DNA of 64,000 bases from assembly GCF_964213995.1 (NCBI RefSeq), contig NW_027590255.1, positions 248,001-312,000 of the forward strand, given 5' to 3'. Origin of the DNA: Mustelus asterias. Its lineage: Eukaryota. The notes under the pieces are model-generated. The model did no database searches. It was not told the DNA's origin and saw only the letters and a list, made by a program, of their open reading frames with translations. The first letter of the stretch is position 1, and each line of letters opens with the position of its first letter. This document shows, piece by piece, positions 55,484-64,000 of the stretch. A program made the position numbers and the translations under genes.

Positions 55484-57679
55484 TGAACAAATTACTCCAC
55501 ATCTCTGTTTTAAAGGATCGTCCCTTTAGCCTGAGATTGTGCCCTCTGGTTCTAGTTTTTCCTGATTTTGGAAACAAACTCTCCATGTCCACTCTATCCA
55601 GGCGTCACAGTATCCTATAAGTTTCAACAAGGTCCCCCCTCATCCTTGTGAACTCCAATGAGTACAGACTCAGAGTCCTCAACTGTTCCTCATATGACAA
55701 GCTTTTCATTCCAGAGATCATTCTTGTGAACCTCCTCTGGGCCCTTTCCAAGGCCAGCACATCCTTCCTTAGATACGGGGCCCAAAGATGCTCACAATAC
55801 TGCAAATGGGGTGTGACTGGAGCCTTGTCCAGCCTCAGAAGTACATCACTGCTCTTGTATTGTATCCCTCTCGACATGAATGCTAACATTGCATTTGCCT
55901 TCCGAACTGCCAACTGACCCTGCCGGTTAACCTTAAGAGAATCTTGAACAATGACTCCCAAGTCCCTTTGCGCTTCTGATTTCCTCAGCATTTCCCCATT
56001 TAGAAAATAGTCTATGCCTCCATTCCTCCCTCCAAAGTGCATAACCTCACACTTTTCCACATTGTATTCCATCTGCCACTTCTTTGCCAACTCTCCTAGC
56101 CTGTGCAAGTCCTTCTGCAGCCCCCCTGCTTCCTCAGTACTACCTGTCCCTCTCCATATCTTTGTATCATCTGCAAACTTAGCAACAGAGCTTTCACTTC
56201 CTGCTTCCAAATTGTTAATGTATATGGTGAAAAGTTGTGGTCCCAGCACTGATCCCTGAGGCACACCACTCAACATCGGCTGCCATCCTGAAAAAGACCT
56301 CTTTATCCCCACCTTCTGCCAGTCAGCCAATCCTCTATCCATGCCTGGATCTTACCCTTAACATCATGGGCTCTTAACTTATTTAACAGTCTCCGACTCA
56401 GCACCGTGTCAGAAGGCCTTCTGGAAATCTAAATAAATCACGTCCACTGGTTCTCCTTTATCGAACTTCCTTTTGCCTCCTCAAAGAACTTTAAAACTTA
56501 GTGTGGGATTTACTCACTGATAGAGCATGTGAGTGTGGGATTTGTATCTGTGAATGGATGAGAACATATCTGAGTTTATGATTCATTCTGTATCTGGGTC
56601 TCATTGTGTGTCTGTCCAAAGGTGGTGCATGTGACTGCATGTAGTAATAATTCTCTTCTTGGTGGTATTAGTTTTATTTTTGTTTGTATCGCTCTCATCC
56701 ACAATATCAGTGTGTTCATTTTATTCTGTATCTGTCAGTCTCTGTACCTGTATTTCAGTGCATGTGTTGCAGGACGGCAGTGGAATCACACACTGACTCT
56801 GTTTGACTGTTCTTCCTTTGCGCTTGATAAGCAATTGATAAAATACTCAATGTATCGTGTATTTTCTACCTATCCTCTTAAATTTAATCAACATTTTTCC
56901 TTCTGACAGGCAAAGAGTTGAAACCAGCAGAATAAATGGAGCGATTCTTTCACACAAGGTGAATTCCAGCCAGCTCCTCACACACAGTAAGTGTCACTCA
57001 CACACACAGCAGAGATGGCCAAGAGGTTCACTTGCTGGAGTTCTGATCCATTGTGCTCTGCAAGCACAGGCCCCAAGCACAACATTGTTGTTGGTTTATG
57101 GTTCAGTCATCTGGTTGGTTCGACACCAGCACATAGAAGTAGCAGAAAGGAATAAGGCAGAAAGGAGGGAGAGTGATGGATAATACTGGAGAAGGAGCAG
57201 ACTAAGAAGCATTGAAGTTAGTCCTCTTCCAATTTAGAATGTCTACTTTAGATTGTTCCTTGCTAATGTCAAGCTTGTGATCCAATGATCACTGGATAAA
57301 AACACAGACACTTGATTCATGTGGCCAACCTTGGCCCACCCCATTCCCCAGCACCAGATCCAGCAATGCTTTGTTCATAGTTTCTTGAGAATACTCTGGT
57401 CCAAGAAATTCTCTTGAACATATTTCAAAAATTCCCAGACAGATGAATGTATGAATTAGGAGCAGGTGTAGGCCACTTGGCCCCTTGCGCCTGCTCCACC
57501 ATTCAATATGATCATGACAGGTCTGATTGTAACTTCAAACCCACATCCTTACCTATCCCCGATAATCTTTCACCTCCTTGCTTCCTCATAGCACCAGGGA
57601 GCCGGGTTCAATTCCAACCTTGGGTGACTGTCTGGAATTTGCACATTCTCCCTGTATCAACATTTGTTCCTCTGGGTGC

Positions 57680-58650
57680 TTTTTCTGAGTGGCAGTCAGT
57701 GACTAGTGCAGCTCTGCAGGGATCAGTGCCAGGACCCCAACTGTTCACATTATATATTAATGATTTAGAAGAGGGAACTAAATGTATTATCTCCAAATTT
57801 GCAGATGATACGAAGTTGGGTGGGAGGGTAAGCTGTCGGGAGGATGCAGAGTTACTTCAGCGTAATTTGGACAAGCTGAGTGCATGGACATCGCATGTCA
57901 GATGCACTATAATGTGGATAAATGTGAGGTTATCCACTTTGGTAGAAGGAATAGGAAAAAAGATTATTACATGAATGGTTGTAAATTTAGAGAGGTGGAT
58001 ATTCAATGAGATCTTGGAGTCCTCATGCATCAGTTGCTGAAAGTAAGAGCGCAGGTACAGCAGGCAGTAAAGAAGGCAAATGGTATGTTGGCCTTAATAG
58101 CGAGAGGATTTGAGTACAGAGATAGGGATGTTTTGCTGCAATTGTGTAGGGCATTGGTGAGGCCACACCTGGAGTATTGTGTGCACTTTTGGTGTCCTTA
58201 TCTGAGGAAGGATGTCCTTGCTATAGAGAGAGTACAATGGAGGTTTACTTGGCTGATTCCTGGGCTGGCAGATGTGTCATATGATCGGAGACTAAATTGC
58301 TTAGGATTCAGAGAGACTAAGTTGGCTGGAAAGAATATTCCAAATGGTGGGGGAGTCCAGAACTAGAGGTCTTGGTTGAGGATAAGGGGTAAAGCTTTTG
58401 GAACTTGGGTGAGGAGAAATTTCCTCACCCAGAGGGTGGTGAATGTGCAGAATTCACGACCACAGAATGTAGTTGAGGCCAAAACGTTGTCTGGTTTCAA
58501 GAAGAAATTAGATATAGCTCTTGGGTTCAAAGGGATCAAGGGATATGGGGGGGAGAGTGGGGATCAGGATATTGAATTCAATGATCAGAATGAATTGTGG
58601 AGCAGGCTCGATGGGCTGAATGGCCGACTCCTTCTGATTTCTATGTTTCT
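57680..58650 (+). mobile_element. CR1 RT and 3' fragment nested in an HE1 SINE
   Basis: QGSVPGPQLFTLYINDL, KFADDTKLGG, RPHLEYCVHFW. SINE halves at ~57590 and ~58655-58882. Confidence 0.85.
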
Positions 58651-59527
58651 ACGCTCCAGTTTCCTCACACATTCCAAAGATGTGCAGGTTAGGTGGATTG
58701 ACCATGCTAACTTGCTTCTTTGTGTCCCAAGATGTGTAGGTTAGGGGGATTAGCAGGGTAAATGCATGGGGTTACAGGGATGCAGCAAGGAGTGGGCCTC
58801 AGAAAGATGCTCTGTTGGAAAATCAGTGCTAACCCGAGGGGCCAAATGGCCTTCGTCGACACTGTAGGTATTCTATGATTTTCTATCCACCTCTGCAATC
58901 AAAATATTGAAAGATTTTGCTTGCTTTGCCTTTTGAGGAAGGGAGTTCCATCGACACACAACCCTCTGAGAGAAAATAATCTCGCCTCATCTGTGCCTCA
59001 AATGAATGACCCTTTATTTTTAAACAGTGACCCCTCATTCTAGATTCTCCCACAAGAGGAAATATGCTCTTCATATCCATCCTGTCAAGACCACTCCGAT
59101 CTGTAAAGTTTCAATCAAGTCGACACTTACTCTTCTAACCTCTCGCCTGCAAATTTATTCCCTCCAACATTTCCTCATGAGACAACCCGCTCCTTCCTGG
59201 TATTAATCCCGTAAACCTTCTCTGAACTGTTTCAAGCACATCTACATATTTAGCTGAAGCTAAACGAAGCATGTTATTTATTGGGAAAATTATTATATAT
59301 TATCTTTATTTGTTCTCGCAAGTAGTCTCACAGTACAAGGTTAAAGTCCATCTGGGTTTTTTGGTGGCATGAGCTTTCAGCGCGCTGCTCCTTGTTGGAG
59401 TGTAACCGGGGACAACTTTGATTGGATGTAATGTGACCAATGGGAACAAGATGTAAGGGTCAGCTGACCCAAAAAAGCATGGAACCAATCACAGAGTGAT
59501 GTAATAGTCAGCTGATGAGCTGATTCA

Positions 59528-59851
59528 TTCTTGGCCTTTTGGCTGAGATCAGGTGTAGTATGGTCGGCTGCGCTTGGTTGAGGTCATTGGGTTGCACTGA
59601 AGCTTCGTGTGTTTCATATGAAGCAATTTTTTTAAAGCGGCATCTCGGCCTTTTGGCTAAGATGCAGATGAGCTCAAGTCTTGGAGGAGGAACCTCCCCC
59701 TTCTCCAATCAGCTTAGCTCATGTAGATCAGGCCCAGGACAGGGTGATTTGGTCGCTCGCCCTGTCTTGTTAGCCTGGATCTGAAATGTCTCAACTTGTT
59801 GAGACTCTGAATTGGATTTGATTTGATTGAATTGGAAAAGTATAAAAAAAA
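59528..59851 (+). mobile_element. U2 snRNA-headed poly(A) retroposon, copy 2
   Basis: TTCTTGGCCTTTTGGCTGAGATCAGGTGTAGTAT (U2 nt 6-39), internal GCATCTCGGCCTTTTGGCTAAGATGC, hairpin series, (GATTT)-rich end, A8 tail. Confidence 0.85.
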
Positions 59852-59857
59852 TATATG

Positions 59858-60006
59858 CCCTGTTTGTGAACCCAATTCTCCACTCACCTGAGGAAGGAGA
59901 AGTGCTCCGAAAGCTCGTGCTACCAAATAAACCTGTTCGACTTGAACCTGGTGTTGTGAGACTTCTTACCGTGCCCACCCCAGTCCAATGCCGGCATCAC
60001 GACATC
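59858..60006 (+). mobile_element. Penelope-like 3' end with hammerhead motif
   Basis: CAC-CTGAGGA-AGGAG..CTCC-GAAA-GCTC-GTG at 59885-59919, followed by CCAAATAAACCTGTT. Confidence 0.75.
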
Positions 60007-60039
60007 TGATTTGTTCTAGTATAAGGTGTAAATTTTACA

Positions 60040-61760
60040 TTGAAGACACGTCAGGTGAAGACAGCTGAGTGGAATGTGCGGTTTGTCTCATGTGGGGAGT
60101 CTTGGATGCGGCCAGTGTCTTGAATGACCACATGTGCAGGAAGTGTTCCCAGCTGCAGAATCTGGAGCTCCAGGTTTCGGACCTTGAGGAGCAGCTGGAC
60201 AGACTGTGATGCATTTGAGAGGCTGAGAGTTATGTGGACAGCACATTTAGAGAGATGGTCACAGCAGATCTCAAGGTACTAGAGGAAAGAAGGGAATGGG
60301 TGACCACTGAGCAGTCCAGGAAGAACAGGCATGTGGAATCATAGAATAGAATTATTGAATCCCTACAGTGCAGAAGGGGGCCATTCAGCCCATCGAGCCT
60401 GCACCAATAACCATCCTACCCAGCCCCTATCCCCATAACCCCAGGTATTTACGCTGCCAATCTCTCTAACCTACACATCTTGGGGCACTAAAGGGCAATT
60501 TAGCATGGTCAATCCACCTAACCTGCACATTTTTGGACTGTGGGAGGTAACCAGAGCACCAGGAGGAAACCCACACATAAACCGGGAGAATGTGCAAATT
60601 CCACACAAACAGCCATCCAAGGCCAGAATTGAAGCCGGGTCCCTCATGCTGTGAGGCAGCAATGCAAACCACTTTGTCACCCTGCCACCCAAACGGGTAC
60701 TGCAGGAGTCCCCTGGGATCCTAGTCACGAACATGTCTTCCATTTTGGATGCAGATGAGGGTGCTGGTCAGCACCCCAGAGGAGTGCAGTCAGAGCCAAG
60801 ATTCTGGCACCACAAGCATCTTGCTTGAACAGGTGGGGAAGAAGAAGACAGGAAGAGCAATAGTGATAGGGAATTCATCAGTCAGTAGAGCAGACAGGCA
60901 TTTCTGTGGCCAAGGATTTGACTTCAGGATGGTGTGTTATCTCTCTGGCCAGTGTCAGGGATGTCACTGAATCGCTGCAGGACATCCTGAAAGAGGAGGG
61001 TGATAGGATAGAGGTTGTGATACATATAAAAGTAGCAGAAAGGAATAAGGGCAGAAAGGAGGGAGAGTGATGGATAATACAGGAGAAGGAAGTAACACCA
61101 TGTTGGATAGAAGGAGATTAACAAGTACTATGAAGAATGTCCAGACAGGTTTCCAATGTATGTAAACACAAAGTGTGATAAATAAGGTTGATGAGCTTGA
61201 AGGACCAAGAGAAATGTGGGAATCTGATGCGAAGGCAATGACAGAAATGTGGCTTAAAGAGTGAAGACAGGGTGCTGAATATTCAAGAATTGTGTTCAGA
61301 AAGAGATAGATAAGAGAAAAGGAGAGGTGGGATGACAATACTGACCAGGGAAGTCATTGTAGTGTTGGAGAGTGGAGATGTCCTTGAGGTGACAAGGACA
61401 CAATCCAGTTGTTTAAAGTCTGAAATCAGTGTAAGGGGAACTATTGAGAAAAATTGTGAGGGTCAAAATTAATCTCCATTTGCAGAGGCAAGGATTAATC
61501 AAGGATAGTCAGCATGGCTTTGTTCGGGGGAGATCATGTCTAACAAATTAGATTGAATTTTTTGGGGAGTTGTCTAGCCTTGTAGGTCAGGGCAGTGAGT
61601 TGATGTCGTCCACATGGACTTCAGTAAGGCATTTGACAATGGGAGACTGGTCAAGAAGATATGAGCCCATGGGATCCAGTATAATTTGGAAAATTGCATC
61701 AAAACCTTTCGTAGTGGCATAAAGCAGAGGGTGATGGTCACAGGTTGCATGTTCCTTTGT
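60040..61760 (+). mobile_element. CR1 ORF1 (zinc finger/leucine zipper, esterase) and ORF2 remnants; HE1 SINE inserted at ~60350-60690
   Basis: ECAVCLMW...HMCRKCSQLQNLELQV; RAIVIGNSSVSRADRHFCG; downstream SQHGFVRGRSCLT. Confidence 0.75.
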
Positions 61761-63344
61761 GTTCCAGCTTGTGCAGATTCAATGGTTTGTGGGTTATTTG
61801 GATAGTGTGGGAGGGGTTTGTGTGGGCAAATGTAAGATGCTGAGTCAGTGCAGACTAGATGGCATAAATATCCTCCCCCACTATAGGGATGCAAAGAACA
61901 AAGAACAATACAGAACAGAAACAGATCCTTTAGCCCACCAAGTCTGTACCGATGCAGATGCCTCTCTGATCTTTGGAACAAGTTTGGTGAACCTTTGTTA
62001 CACTTTCTATCACAAAATAATTATCCTTCCTAAGGTAAGGGGACCAAAACTACACACAGTTCTCCAGGTGCCGTCTAACCAAGCTGCTATACAATTAAAG
62101 TAAGGCTTCACTTCTGCTGTACTCAAAACCTTTTGCAATAACGTCCAACATATCATTAGCCTTCCTAATTGCCATCTGGACCTGCATGTTAACATCTTTA
62201 GTCCTTTTGTACATCTACATTTTCTTATCTTTTATCTTGACAGGTATATATCACAGGAATAAAACAAATTCATCCACTCACAGATATAAAACACGGTGTC
62301 ACCTTGATCACACATTAAGTAACAATTCTTCGCTCAGACAGATAAAAGATAATTGTACAATACTGAATAAATTACAATTAATTACCTGATAAATATGTAA
62401 ATGAATCCAAAAAAGCTCAATATGAGTAAGACAGAAAGATGTAACAGCAATTCCTTTGCTTCCAATTGCAGGAATTGCTTCCCAGGTTATGTATCCAATT
62501 GTTACCATTCACAGAATTACAAATTGAATACTCACACACAGCTGCTGAATATAAACAGGGACAGTCAAATGTACTGGAAATCTACATGAAAAAATAAATT
62601 GAAAGATGAACAAATATCAATACATTATGTTTTTAGCATGCAGTGTTTATCACAATGTCTGAGATACATGTAAAGTTAAAGTACAGAAGTATCCCACACT
62701 TCAACACAACGCAAGAGACACATGGATAAAGATTGATTCCTACACCCACATGGATAATCAGAGAATCACAGATGTAAAATTAATCCTACTTTCTCAAACT
62801 CTCTAGAGACAGATGGAAGAACAAGGAATTCCAAAACATACTAGAGAATGACAACTACAGAATGATACCTACATTCAAACTTTTGTTTTGAGAAACAGTG
62901 AAGCAAAATGAAGTCCACTCTCACACAGTATCACAAGTAGCATCCATAGAATGAACCCTGCATTCACACACAACACCACAGACAGACAGAAAAGCACACC
63001 CAGATGTTGTACCAGAGACCGATGCATACAGTATGATTCAGACACTTATGCAGTTACTCAATGACACATGCCTGCAGAACTGAAATCAAACTCCCATTCA
63101 ATTCAAGACACTGGCATGAGCAGAATTTACCCCATATTAACATACACAGTGGAGACTGATATAGTGCGTGAGTCACAAAATTATGTTCAGCCAATCTCAC
63201 ACATGCAAGCTGGCAATCAACAGACAAATACACATTTTGTTTCACATACTGTACCCAATACTTACAGGCACATAATTAATCACATTCTGTACATGAAATA
63301 GAGAGATGCTATTTCAGTCCCACACTCAGCCTCACTGATTTAGA

Positions 63345-63672
63345 ATAGGATCCCTCCAGTGCAGAAGGATGTTATTTGACCCATCAAGTCTGCACTGACT
63401 CAGCATTTTACCCAGGCCCTATCCCCATAACCCCACAAATTTACCACGGCTACATACCCTAACTACACATCTTGGGATACCAAGGGGCAATTAACATGGC
63501 CAATCCGAATAACCTGCACAACTTTGAACTGTGGGAGGAAACCAGTGCACTTGGAGAAAACCCATGCAGATAAGGGGAGAATATGCAACCTCCACAAAGA
63601 CAGGCGTCCGAGGCCGGAAACGAACCTGGGTCCCTGGCATTGTGAGGCAGCTCTCTAACCATTGTGTCGCCC
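63345..63672 (-). mobile_element. Diverged HE1-like SINE
   Basis: B box GGTTCGTTTCC, V-domain, tail. Confidence 0.75.
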
Positions 63673-64000
63673 GTTCTTGCAGTGTACTTCACAAATGGTG
63701 CACACTGTGTATGAATGGTTGAGGGAGTAAATGCTGAAGCTGGTGAATGGTTTGCAAGTGAAACCAAAAACTAGATTTGTTTCTGAGATTCTTTGGTGTT
63801 GTTGGAGGTGCACTGACCAGTGAGTGGAGAGTATTCCATTCCTTACCTAAATGTGGTATTCAATTGTGAAAAGTCTGTTGGAAAATAGGTCAGTCACTAG
63901 CTATGGACATGCTCTGTTCTATTTTTAAAGCCAAAGTCATATTGTGACAGGATACAAGAAGTACCTTGTACTCATTTATCGTTAATTACAGTCACAGAAT

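Larger units (their letters stand above)
54126..56495 (-). mobile_element. CR1 LINE fragment interrupted by a Penelope insertion
   Basis: [32 protein letters not shown]. Confidence 0.88.

Overview
Eukaryotic, repeat-rich DNA, very likely from a shark (HE1/V-SINE-type SINEs, CR1, Rex1/Babar and Penelope-like elements). It holds a dispersed replication-dependent histone cluster: H1, H4, H3 and H2A at 24.4-29.6 kb and H2B at 52 kb, each with a 3' stem-loop. One near-intact tRNA-Leu(CAG) and several tRNA pseudogenes are interspersed. Main observations: (1) two copies of a ~320-bp, poly(A)-tailed, multi-hairpin retroposon with a U2 snRNA head, one of which replaces everything upstream of the H2A start codon; (2) an intact, intronless SLIRP retrocopy (poly(A), 15-bp TSD) on the H2A side of an H2A/H2B-type bidirectional promoter; (3) a young CR1 RT domain fused in frame to a host CpG-island ATG; (4) palindromic Penelope insertions carrying minimal hammerhead ribozyme motifs; (5) an old inverted segmental duplication and several templated inversions. 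All calls were made by eye from the sequence and remembered consensus sequences. No database searches were run, and repeat boundaries are approximate.
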